From IMG/VR virus record IMGVR_UViG_3300045988_100976: DNA of 52,142 bases; one strand, given 5' to 3'. Positions 15,256-23,924 of the stretch are shown here, piece after piece. Numbering within the stretch: position 1 is the first letter of the stretch; each line of letters starts with the position of its first letter. The position numbers and the translations under genes were made by a program. The notes beneath the pieces are model-generated. The model did no database searches, was not told where the DNA came from, and saw only the letters and a list, made by a program, of their open reading frames with translations. This stretch comes from a virus.

Positions 15256-15360
15256 AGAAGATTGTGCGTTACCGTGTTTGCTGTGCGGATGCGGTAGCAG
15301 GCGGCACACTTTAAGGGCGGTGGGCGGTGTGCCAACAAAAAGAAAAATAGGAGCTACAGA

Positions 15361-15666
15361 ATGAAAGAGTTTTTGTTACAGACATATACAATCGTGCTTC
15401 CAATAATGCTCGGATATATTGTCTGGCTTCTAAAGCAACAAAAGAAAGATAAGGACGCAAACAGCAAAGGAACAATGTTACTTTTGCGTGTGCAACTTAT
15501 AGAATACCATGACAAATACGTTGCACTTGGAGAAATACCGTCTTATGCATATCAGAATTTTTCTGAAATGTACGACGCGTATCACGCGCTTGGCGGCAAC
15601 GGAATGATAACAAAAATGTATGAGGAAATTAAGCAAATACACTTAAAGAACGGAGGTAAAGAATAA
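15361..15666 (+). CDS. Membrane protein with one N-terminal TM segment (possible holin partner or lysis regulator)
   Basis: A TM helix (YTIVLPIMLGYIVWLL) is followed by a basic stretch. The gene is translationally coupled to the holin-like gene. Confidence 0.6.
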   Translation: MKEFLLQTYTIVLPIMLGYIVWLLKQQKKDKDANSKGTMLLLRVQLIEYHDKYVALGEIPSYAYQNFSEMYDAYHALGGNGMITKMYEEIKQIHLKNGGKE

Positions 15667-15977
15667 TGCAGGAATTATTAAGCAACGCAACATTATTGAT
15701 TGCTGTAATTGGATTTATGGCATTTATCGTTTCAGTAATTACGCAGGTAGTCAAAGGCGTTTTAGGAAAAGTGCCGACTGACTTGGTTGTGTTTGTGCTT
15801 TCAATCGCTCTTACGGTAACAGCGTTTGTGGCGTACATGCAGTATATCAAAGCTGAAATTCTATGGTATATGATTGCTGCATCCGTAATCGTTGGGTTTA
15901 TTGTGGCGTTTGTTGCCATGTTCGGATGGGAGAAATTATCTGAACTATGGAAGCGGTTTGGCAAGGATGTGAAATAA
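15666..15977 (+). CDS. Holin-like protein (three TM segments, charged C-terminus)
   Basis: Three hydrophobic helices followed by EKLSELWKRFGKDVK. 103 aa. Confidence 0.65.
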   Translation: MQELLSNATLLIAVIGFMAFIVSVITQVVKGVLGKVPTDLVVFVLSIALTVTAFVAYMQYIKAEILWYMIAASVIVGFIVAFVAMFGWEKLSELWKRFGKDVK

Positions 15978-16462
15978 TGTCACTGGATATCAATAAGCAG
16001 AAAATGACATATGCACTACCAACAGGTCAACAGCCCAAATACGAACTGGATTCTGACGGAAATATAATTTACGAGGGCTATACGGACGACGATGGAGTAT
16101 TCATCCCATACTTAGATGATGATGGAAACAAGATACCAAAATTGACAGGAGATACGATAGATACTTATTCGGCTCCTGTTATTTTTTATTCTTCTATCAA
16201 CAACAAGCTAAACGAAGTGTTGGCAAAGGAATTTGGTATTGATGATTCAACCAATTATGCACAGCTTGTTACCGATAAAGAAAAGTTTCCGCTGAAAGTC
16301 GGTGCTCTGATTTGGAAAAAGTCAGAAGTGGTGTACACGGTTATCAATGGAGAGCCTATGGTAGATGCTACGACCGCAGATTACACGGTTAAAGGTGTAG
16401 CGGACGAAGGATTGACAGTTGACCTTTATCTGCTGCAAAAAAACGTCAAAAATGCGGAGTAG
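15977..16462 (+). CDS. Head-tail joining / structural protein (161 aa)
   Basis: TAATG overlap with the upstream gene. Called from its position in the head-tail module. Confidence 0.6.
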   Translation: MSLDINKQKMTYALPTGQQPKYELDSDGNIIYEGYTDDDGVFIPYLDDDGNKIPKLTGDTIDTYSAPVIFYSSINNKLNEVLAKEFGIDDSTNYAQLVTDKEKFPLKVGALIWKKSEVVYTVINGEPMVDATTADYTVKGVADEGLTVDLYLLQKNVKNAE

Positions 16463-16465
16463 GAT

Positions 16466-16999
16466 ATGGCAAAAAAAATCACTATAACTCTATCGCAGAA
16501 GTCCATACAAGACGCCATAAGCCAAATTAAGGCATACCAAAATGACTTGACGTATAAATGTCAGTTATTGGCTGAAAAGCTATCCGAAAAAGGCGTAGAG
16601 ATTGCAAGACTGCAATTAGCAGACCTTGATGCAATATTCACTACGGAATTGATTTCAAGTGTTCATGCGGAATACAAAGGAAGTATAAAAGGCGGCGGTA
16701 TATGGGCGGTAGTAGCTGGAACAGATCATGCAATGTTCGTAGAGTTTGGTACTGGTATTGTCGGTAAGAGATCGCCGTATCCGGGGAAATTGCCGGATGG
16801 TGTTGACTGGCAGTATGCAAGCGGTAAAACAATCAGACAGCTAGCAGATGGTCGGTATGGTTGGTTTTATCAAGATGATAACGGCGAGTGGTGGTTTACA
16901 GAAGGTATGCCTAGCAGACCATTTATGTACTACACAGCACAGGAACTTGAAAAAATTGTGGCTGAAACAGCAAAGGAGGTATTCGGTGGAAATCGATAA
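16466..16999 (+). CDS. HK97 gp10-family morphogenesis protein
   Basis: Contains the motif HAMFVEFGTG, and the size is typical for the family. Confidence 0.7.
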   Translation: MAKKITITLSQKSIQDAISQIKAYQNDLTYKCQLLAEKLSEKGVEIARLQLADLDAIFTTELISSVHAEYKGSIKGGGIWAVVAGTDHAMFVEFGTGIVGKRSPYPGKLPDGVDWQYASGKTIRQLADGRYGWFYQDDNGEWWFTEGMPSRPFMYYTAQELEKIVAETAKEVFGGNR

Positions 17000-17426
17000 T
17001 TTATGGGTTTTTGACAATGAAACAAAGATAATCAGTAACCTTAACTCTTTTGCTATCCCTGCATTGAAGCAGAATTTTACAAACATGAAATTCCAAAAGG
17101 GAATCACGATTACAAATTTGAAAAGCAGACTGGCAGGAACGATATTTCCGACCATATACGTGCACGAAATGAGAGGTACGGAAATCGGAGAAACAATCGA
17201 CGGACAAACGATGAATGGCATAAATTCAACGTATCAAGTAGATGTGATTGTCAATACACAACAGTCGGATGCTAAAAAGATACTTGCTATAGTAGCAAGT
17301 GTTTTTAAAAAAATGAGGTTTAAAATGATAGCATCACCGGAGTTTAATTCAGAAGAAAAGATATATCGAAGTACAGCAAGATTTTGGCGGCCAATAGCCG
17401 CAAATGACAGATTGTTAGATCAATAG
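16986..17426 (+). CDS. Tail completion/terminator-like protein (146 aa, GTG start)
   Basis: GTG 16986 lies 6 nt after AGGAGG, in the frame of track ORF 16848..17426. Confidence 0.55.
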   Translation: MEIDNLWVFDNETKIISNLNSFAIPALKQNFTNMKFQKGITITNLKSRLAGTIFPTIYVHEMRGTEIGETIDGQTMNGINSTYQVDVIVNTQQSDAKKILAIVASVFKKMRFKMIASPEFNSEEKIYRSTARFWRPIAANDRLLDQ

Positions 17427-17447
17427 ACCGAAAGGTCTTATTTTTTT
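17425..17447 (+). terminator. Hairpin plus T7 upstream of the major tail gene
   Basis: AGACC-gaaa-GGTCT followed by TATTTTTTT. Confidence 0.55.
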
Positions 17448-17472
17448 ATGAAAAATTAAGGAGGTATACAAC

Positions 17473-17949
17473 ATGGCATCAGCAGGAGTTTCCACACTTG
17501 GAATTACTTTTGGTTATGGGGTAGAAACAACAGCCGGAACAAAACCTACGGCTTTTACACGGCTTACCCGCATCAACGCGATCGGGGGTATCACAATCGA
17601 AAATGAGCAGATTGAGGCATCCGCAGTTGAAGATTTTATCACAAGATATGTGCGTGGGCGTGGCGACACAGGCGGTTCTTTCCCGGTAACGATCAATTTT
17701 ACAGCAGAAACAGTCGCAGAATGGGAAAAACTTATCTCTGATTACGAAGCACTTACAGATGGCAAAAGAATGTGGTATGAGACAATCATTCCCGGATTTG
17801 AAAAAGCATTTTTTGTTGTGGCACAGCCGCCTACAGCATTTCCACAGCCGGAAATCGGGCAAAATGAACTTCTTACGGTTGAAATGAACTTAACTGTTGA
17901 AGAATATAAGGGAATGGATACAAAGGTAGCTTTTACACCGGGGGAATAA
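17473..17949 (+). CDS. Major tail protein
   Basis: 158 aa with a very strong AAGGAGG SD, lying immediately upstream of the chaperone pair and the tape measure gene. Confidence 0.7.
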   Translation: MASAGVSTLGITFGYGVETTAGTKPTAFTRLTRINAIGGITIENEQIEASAVEDFITRYVRGRGDTGGSFPVTINFTAETVAEWEKLISDYEALTDGKRMWYETIIPGFEKAFFVVAQPPTAFPQPEIGQNELLTVEMNLTVEEYKGMDTKVAFTPGE

Positions 17950-18107
17950 ATAGCCAGTCAGAAACAAGTAATGGAAAGGCTGTGCTGACTGGTTATGAAG
18001 ATGAAGCAGCCGAGCCAGAGATTGATAAGTATTAAATAGCAAAGGGCGGTCTACGGACTGCCCCTTTCCTATGTGAAAGACATAGGGGGAAAGGAAAAGG
18101 TAACAAA

Positions 18108-18461
18108 ATGAAATATTTTACATTAAATGGAAAAGAATACAAGTCCAAAGAACTTGACTACAATACAGCCTGCGACCTTGAAGATATGGGCGTGTCGCTT
18201 GAAATGGCAAATACGCGACCTATGTCAATGGTACGTGCGTATTTTGCCTGCTGTGCTGATATTAGCAAAGAAGCGGCAGGAAAAGAAATTGAAGCGCATA
18301 TTGTAGCCGGCGGGAAACTGGATGATGTTATAGATATTATGACAGAAGAGGTTGAAAACAGCAGTTTTTTTCGCGCTCTCAACAAGACAGTGGAAACGGA
18401 AGATGCAGAGAATACGTCGGAGCAGGGAAAAGAAGAGAAAAAAGAAAGAAGCAAAAATTAA
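18108..18461 (+). CDS. Tail assembly chaperone (gpG-like)
   Basis: Called from its position between the major tail and tape measure genes, its acidic C-terminus, and an A-rich slippery region at its 3' end. Confidence 0.7.
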   Translation: MKYFTLNGKEYKSKELDYNTACDLEDMGVSLEMANTRPMSMVRAYFACCADISKEAAGKEIEAHIVAGGKLDDVIDIMTEEVENSSFFRALNKTVETEDAENTSEQGKEEKKERSKN

Positions 18462-18850
18462 GAGATTTGCTTGAAAAAGAAGTATTTCCGCAGGCGTATG
18501 TAATGGGTGTTACGTGGGAACAGTTTTGGAAACTAAACCCACGTAAACTTGATTCTATTTTTGCTGGATACAAAGCCAAGCTAAAAGAAGATGATTATAA
18601 GAACTGGTTAAATGGTATTTATACACAATCAGCAGTTTTTGTCTCAATAGACATAGCACTCAATGGCAGAAAATCAAAAAGCAAGTATCTAAAACGACCG
18701 ATCCTTGAAGAAATGGAAAATCAGCAAAATATGTCAGAGGAAGAAATGCAAAAGCAAAGAGAATTGTTTGTTGCAAAACTCTTGGCAATGCAAGCAAATT
18801 TCAATATAAATCATGGGGAGAAATCCAAAAATGAGCAAGAAAGTAATTGA
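18108..18850 (+). CDS. Tail assembly chaperone G-T fusion made by a -1 frameshift
   Basis: ORF 18467..18850 is in the -1 frame relative to 18108..18461. That frame is open across GAG AAA AAA GAA (18435-18446). Confidence 0.55.
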
Positions 18851-19694
18851 TGTATCATCATATCAAGGTTCGATAAATTGGCAGCTGGTAAAACAGTCAG
18901 GCATTGATGGCGCAATCTTAAAGATTATGCGGAAAAACCTTGCTAAAGATAAGTTTTTCGAGGTCAACTACAAAAACGCAGAAAATGCCGGTGTTACTGT
19001 GATTGGAGTATACAACTACAGTTATGCGACTACAGTTGCAAAAGCAAAGGCAGATGCCAAGAAAGTATTAGAGCATTTAAACGGAAGAAAAACAACCGTA
19101 TGGCTCGATGTAGAGGATAAGTGCCAACAGGGGCTTGGAGTGGCTCTTATAGGCATCATACGTGCTTACAGAGATATCATTGTTGCCGCAGGATATGACT
19201 TCGGTGTTTACACTGGATACGCATTTTATAACAAATACATTCTACCTTATGGCGGAGTAGATTGTAAGCTGTGGATTGCAAAATACGGTATCAATGATGG
19301 CAAGTACAATGTCAACCGTCAGCCTGTGGTTAGCGGTAATATGGTCGGATGGCAGTACACGTCCAAAGGAACTGTAGGCGGCGTATATGGCAAAGTGGAT
19401 TTAAGTATTTGGTATGAAGATATTGAAAACAATACCGCCGCTGTATCACATAGAAATAATTACCCGGAACCGCGCAGACTGTTGAAAAAAACAGTACCTT
19501 GTCAACGCGGAGAGGATGTTAAGTGGCTTCAATGCGAGCTTGTATATCACGGTTTTCTTGTACGCAAAGACATTGACGGAATTTTTGGAAAAGATACGGC
19601 AAATGCGGTAGGAAGATTTCAGAAGAAAGTAGGAATAAAAGTCGATAAGAAGTGCGGAGTGGTAACAATCAGTTACCTAAAAGCAACTAATTGA
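18831..19694 (+). CDS. GH25 muramidase with a C-terminal PG_binding_1 domain (endolysin)
   Basis: N-terminal VIDVSSYQGSINW...GIDGAILK...WLDVED is GH25-like. C-terminal GEDVKWLQ...DGIFGKDTANAVGRFQKKVGI is peptidoglycan-binding-like. Confidence 0.8.
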   Translation: MSKKVIDVSSYQGSINWQLVKQSGIDGAILKIMRKNLAKDKFFEVNYKNAENAGVTVIGVYNYSYATTVAKAKADAKKVLEHLNGRKTTVWLDVEDKCQQGLGVALIGIIRAYRDIIVAAGYDFGVYTGYAFYNKYILPYGGVDCKLWIAKYGINDGKYNVNRQPVVSGNMVGWQYTSKGTVGGVYGKVDLSIWYEDIENNTAAVSHRNNYPEPRRLLKKTVPCQRGEDVKWLQCELVYHGFLVRKDIDGIFGKDTANAVGRFQKKVGIKVDKKCGVVTISYLKATN

Positions 19695-19707
19695 CAACAA
19701 AATTTAG

Positions 19708-19737
19708 AGCGGTGTGGATTTCCATGCCGCTTTTTTT
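19708..19737 (+). terminator. Intrinsic terminator between the endolysin and tape measure genes
   Basis: Stem AGCGG...CCGCT with an inner TGGA/TCCA pairing, followed by TTTTTTT. Confidence 0.65.
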
Positions 19738-19761
19738 AATTTGAAGAAAGTTGGTGGAAGT

Positions 19762-22700
19762 ATGGCAGAAGTAGATAGCTTAGAGATTGGGATAAAAGCG
19801 CAGGCAACACAAGCAAATAACGCATTAAATAAGCTGGTAAACAATCTTACTAGGCTGTCAAACTCTCTTATGAGCGTAAACACAAGCGGTCTCAACGGTT
19901 TGTCAAACGGAGTAACAAAGCTGTCTAATGCTATGGCTGGAATCAGCACAGTAAAAACGGCAGATTTTACAAGAGTTGCAAGCGGAATAACCAAAATTTC
20001 CAGCATTGACACGGCTAATTTGAACCGCTCTGCATCTGCAATCGGTATGCTTGGTAAAGCATTAACACCGCTGACAGCTTCCGGGGCATCTGATAGAGTT
20101 ACAGCACTTGCAAAAGCGATTTCACAGCTTGGTTATAAGTCAAGCACAAAAGCTATTGACAATATACCTAAACTTGCCAAAGCCATGAAGCAGCTTATCA
20201 CAACCCTTTCCGGCGCACCAAAGGTAAGTCAAAATCTTATTGATATGACTAATGCGCTTGCACAATTTGCGCGTACCGGTGCATCCGGCGGCAATGCGGC
20301 AAAGGCACTTGCGAATAACTTTACTTCTTTTGGTTCTACGGCGGTAAAGGCTAAAAAGCATACGTTTTCACTAGCATCCGCTTTTGGAAAGCTATATGCT
20401 TCGTACTGGCTTCTGATTCGCGGAGCTGGGAAATTAAAAGAAGCAATCAACATATCATCTGCTTTGACAGAAGTACAAAACGTAGTTGTTAATACGTTCG
20501 GGCAATATACGGATTCACTTGAAAAATTCTCAAAAAATGCAATACAGCAGTATGGCATTTCTGAATTAACCGCAAAGCAGACAGCAAGTAGATATCAGGC
20601 AATGGGTATTGCAATGGGAGTGCCTATTCAGAAAATGTCTGACATGTCTATTGCTCTGACGAAGTTATCCGCTGATATGGCATCTTTCTACAACGTGGAG
20701 CAGAGCCAAGTTCAGCAAAATTTGCAGTCCATATTCACTGGCGAGACAGAACCAATGAGAAAATATGGTATCGACCTCACGAATGCCACGCTGAAAGAAT
20801 GGGCTTTGAAAGAGGGACTTGATGCAGATATTTCATCTATGACACAGATGGAAAAGACAATGCTTCGATACCAGTACGTAATGCAGAATACAGCGAATGT
20901 GCAGGGGGACTTCGCTAGGACTGCAGATACATGGGCGAACCAGCTTCGTATCTTGCGAGAGCAGTTTAAGGCGCTTGGGGCTATTTGGGGCAATGCTTTT
21001 ATCAATATGCTTAAACCACTTGTAAAGGCACTGAATACGGCTATGCAGGCTGTAATTAAGTTTTCCGAAACTGTAGTGAATGCGCTTGGGGTTATTTTCG
21101 GTTGGAAAATCGAAATGCAGTCAGGCGCAATCGCAGAAGACTATGACACGGCGGCTGGCAGTGCTGACGATTTAGCCGCGAACACAGGCAAAGCGGCTGA
21201 TAATGCTAAGAAATTAAAGCAACAGTTACAGGGCTTTGATAAGCTGAACAACCTTACAACAACGCAAGACAACGGAGCTGGAAAAGGTAAGGGAAGCGGT
21301 GCTGGTGGTGCTACAGGTGGTGCATCAGGCGGCAATCTGAAATTCAATGTCAAGGAAACAGAAAGCCTTTATAAGAGCAAGATAAAAACTCTTGAAGGAC
21401 TTGGAAAGTATATAGGAAATAGCTTGTCTAAAGCCATGGAATCAATTAAATGGGATAAGGTGTACAAGAAAGCAAAAGCGTTCGGTACTGGTCTTGCGCA
21501 GTTTTTAAACGGTCTTATCAGTCCAAGACTTTTCGGAAATGTCGGAAAAACTATTGCTGGCGCACTTAACACAGCTATCTATGCCGCACTTTCGTTCGGA
21601 ACTACGTTTAACTGGAAAAACTTAGGCAATTCGATTGCAACAGGAATAAACAAATTCTTTAGTACATTTGATTTTGCGGCATTAGCGCAAACTATCAATG
21701 TATGGGTACAAGGAATTTGGGATACTCTTACAACGGCAATCAAGAAAATAAAATGGGAAAAAGTTTTAGAAGGAATCACTGATTTCCTCAAAAATTTGGA
21801 CTTAAAAACATTATCAATCGTAATAGGCGCACTTGTAATACGTAAAATTTTAAAATTAAAATTGGGCGCAAAACTGCTTTCATGGATAGGCTCTACAGTA
21901 TCAGCAAAAATAGTCGGCTCTATAGCTCAAAAACTTGGCGTTGAAGCGTCATGGTCTACGGTCGGGCAAACAATTTTAACTAAAATCGGAACGACAATAT
22001 CGACATCTTTTGCGTCTCTTGGCGGTTTGGGCGGAATTATGACAATGGATATCGGCACAATACTTGGTGCTGGTACTCTTGCCGAAATCGGTTTGTTTGC
22101 AGGAACTGCTATAATCGGTGGGATTGTTGCCGCTATTTTCGGGTGGAATGTCGGTCAGACAATCAATGAAAAACTCACAGGCGAAAAAATAGACATGTCA
22201 TTCTCAGAACAGATGAAAGAAATCAAAAATTCCTTTTCCGATGGTTCGTGGAAAGAAGCCTTGAAACTTTGGGGCGACGATATCTACAACGGTTTTCTTG
22301 CTGTTTCAGAATCAGAAGACCAACTCATGAAGCCTGTTAAAGATGGGCTGAATGAAGTGAGAGGAATGTTCTCCGACGGTCAATTTGGAGAAGCTATGTC
22401 TCTTTGGGGGCAAGATATATACGACGGTTTCTTGTCGGTATCGCAGTCGCAAGATAATTTTATGAAGCCCTTCAAAGATAAATACAATGAGGTAAAAGGA
22501 CTTTTTACTGACGGACAGTTTGGCGCGGCTATGGGAGCGTGGGGCGACGATATCAAACTAAAACTGAACAATGTGAAAGACAGTTTCCTGCTGACATGGG
22601 ATAACATAAAGCTAGGCGTTAAAAGCGCATGGCAAGCTACGGTTGACGGTCTGAAAGAAATATGGAATAAATTTGCATCATGGTTAAATGAGAAGTTATC

Positions 22701-23091
22701 ATTTGATATACCGCCAATCAATATTGCTGGCAAGGAATTATTCGGCGGTACGCATATCGACCTCGGAAAAATACCGACTTTTGCAAGCGGCGGTTATGTT
22801 CCAAAGCAGTACAGCTTGCTTATGGCTGGCGAAAATGGTATACCAGAAATCGCAGGAACGGTAGGAGGAAAGGCAGCGGTTGCAGGTGGTGCAGAAATCA
22901 CAGGTATTAAAGAAGCAATATTGCAGGCGTCAAACAGTGAAATGGCTCTAATGAGACAGCAAAACACGCTACTGCAAGGTATTCTTGCTAAAGAGTTTGG
23001 TATCAGTCAATCAGATGTAGGAAAAGCCGCTAGAAGCTATGCAAAGGACTATAACCAGCGGACAGGGAAAGACGCATACAGTTTCGCTTGA
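19762..23091 (+). CDS. Tape measure protein
   Basis: 1109 aa from ATG 19762 (GGTGGAAG SD). Helical and Gly-rich segments, TM-like stretches, and three 45-aa tandem repeats near the C-terminus. Confidence 0.85.
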   Translation: MAEVDSLEIGIKAQATQANNALNKLVNNLTRLSNSLMSVNTSGLNGLSNGVTKLSNAMAGISTVKTADFTRVASGITKISSIDTANLNRSASAIGMLGKALTPLTASGASDRVTALAKAISQLGYKSSTKAIDNIPKLAKAMKQLITTLSGAPKVSQNLIDMTNALAQFARTGASGGNAAKALANNFTSFGSTAVKAKKHTFSLASAFGKLYASYWLLIRGAGKLKEAINISSALTEVQNVVVNTFGQYTDSLEKFSKNAIQQYGISELTAKQTASRYQAMGIAMGVPIQKMSDMSIALTKLSADMASFYNVEQSQVQQNLQSIFTGETEPMRKYGIDLTNATLKEWALKEGLDADISSMTQMEKTMLRYQYVMQNTANVQGDFARTADTWANQLRILREQFKALGAIWGNAFINMLKPLVKALNTAMQAVIKFSETVVNALGVIFGWKIEMQSGAIAEDYDTAAGSADDLAANTGKAADNAKKLKQQLQGFDKLNNLTTTQDNGAGKGKGSGAGGATGGASGGNLKFNVKETESLYKSKIKTLEGLGKYIGNSLSKAMESIKWDKVYKKAKAFGTGLAQFLNGLISPRLFGNVGKTIAGALNTAIYAALSFGTTFNWKNLGNSIATGINKFFSTFDFAALAQTINVWVQGIWDTLTTAIKKIKWEKVLEGITDFLKNLDLKTLSIVIGALVIRKILKLKLGAKLLSWIGSTVSAKIVGSIAQKLGVEASWSTVGQTILTKIGTTISTSFASLGGLGGIMTMDIGTILGAGTLAEIGLFAGTAIIGGIVAAIFGWNVGQTINEKLTGEKIDMSFSEQMKEIKNSFSDGSWKEALKLWGDDIYNGFLAVSESEDQLMKPVKDGLNEVRGMFSDGQFGEAMSLWGQDIYDGFLSVSQSQDNFMKPFKDKYNEVKGLFTDGQFGAAMGAWGDDIKLKLNNVKDSFLLTWDNIKLGVKSAWQATVDGLKEIWNKFASWLNEKLSFDIPPINIAGKELFGGTHIDLGKIPTFASGGYVPKQYSLLMAGENGIPEIAGTVGGKAAVAGGAEITGIKEAILQASNSEMALMRQQNTLLQGILAKEFGISQSDVGKAARSYAKDYNQRTGKDAYSFA

Positions 23092-23149
23092 TAGATTTTT
23101 CCCCTTGTGATATTATTAGAATAAATTTTATCATAAGGGGGATAAATAT

Positions 23150-23380
23150 ATGGGAAAACAAATAATGTGTCCTAGATGGAGCTGTGATGGCGTTGGCATT
23201 CCAGTTGATACAAAAAAGAAATTTTCATTTGGAAAAGCGTTGGTCGGCAATACGGTTGGCGGATTCCTTATGGGCCCAGCAGGAGCCGTAATTGGAACGG
23301 CAACAGGGATTAAAGGAAAGAACGGAAAAACGAAATTTGTTTGCTCTAAATGTGGCAAAGTATTTGAGAAAAAAATATAA
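23150..23380 (+). CDS. Zinc-ribbon / glycine-zipper miniprotein (76 aa)
   Basis: CPRWSC...CSKCGK flank the segment GGFLMGPAGAVIGTATG. AGGGGG SD. Confidence 0.6.
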   Translation: MGKQIMCPRWSCDGVGIPVDTKKKFSFGKALVGNTVGGFLMGPAGAVIGTATGIKGKNGKTKFVCSKCGKVFEKKI

Positions 23381-23391
23381 TATGAATTTTT

Positions 23392-23419
23392 AAGGCAGTC
23401 GAAATAGGCTGCCTTTTTT
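23392..23419 (+). terminator. Intrinsic terminator
   Basis: AAGGCAG/CTGCCTT stem followed by TTTTT. Confidence 0.7.
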
Positions 23420-23507
23420 ATTTCAAAAAATAATTCGGTGTTGAATTGGCATCTATCAGAAATGGCAGGTGCTTTTTTGATGCTCATTTTTAGACAGGAG
23501 ATTTACG

Positions 23508-23912
23508 ATGGCATACGCTGGATACCTTATCAGAGTTGGAAATTACACAATCCCAAAGAAATACATTAGGGCGGAAAAATACGACGTAGTTCTTCACGGA
23601 CAAGACTTGGATTCATACCGTGACGCAAACGGTCAGTTGCAGCGTACAGCCTTACAGCACATGGTTGTTGATGTAACTTTCTCTACTCCGCCTATGATGC
23701 ACGAAAATACATGGAGAAACCTCATAGACAACATTAGAGCACAGTATACGAACCCTATCGAGAAGAAGTGCACTGCATCGGTTTACGTGCCGGAAATCGG
23801 CGATTACAAGGTGCAGGACGTATATTTGCCGGATATCAAGACCAACATATACTATGCGGACGACCACGACATTATATACAACGAAATAGAACTGCAATTT
23901 ATCGGATATTAA
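23508..23912 (+). CDS. Small distal-tail (Dit-like) protein
   Basis: Called only from its position, as the first tail gene after the tape measure gene. 134 aa. Confidence 0.4.
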   Translation: MAYAGYLIRVGNYTIPKKYIRAEKYDVVLHGQDLDSYRDANGQLQRTALQHMVVDVTFSTPPMMHENTWRNLIDNIRAQYTNPIEKKCTASVYVPEIGDYKVQDVYLPDIKTNIYYADDHDIIYNEIELQFIGY

Positions 23913-23924
23913 GAGGTAGTAATT

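Noticed and set aside
17937-18033. A -1 frame extension of the major tail protein (about 31 codons, ...NGKAVLTGYEDEAAEPEIDKY)
   Set aside because: The extension is short and there is no X XXY YYZ slippery heptamer at the junction (CCG GGG GAA TAA). The hairpin CCAGTCAG/CTGACTGG could simply be structural. The open frame is probably coincidental.
19714-23091. Numerous antisense or alternative-frame ORFs inside the tape measure and other long structural genes (for example 20229..20558, 22380..22733, 11822..12238, 37717..38229)
   Set aside because: They are embedded in long, well-supported genes on the opposite strand or in another frame. They have no SDs and low-complexity translations.
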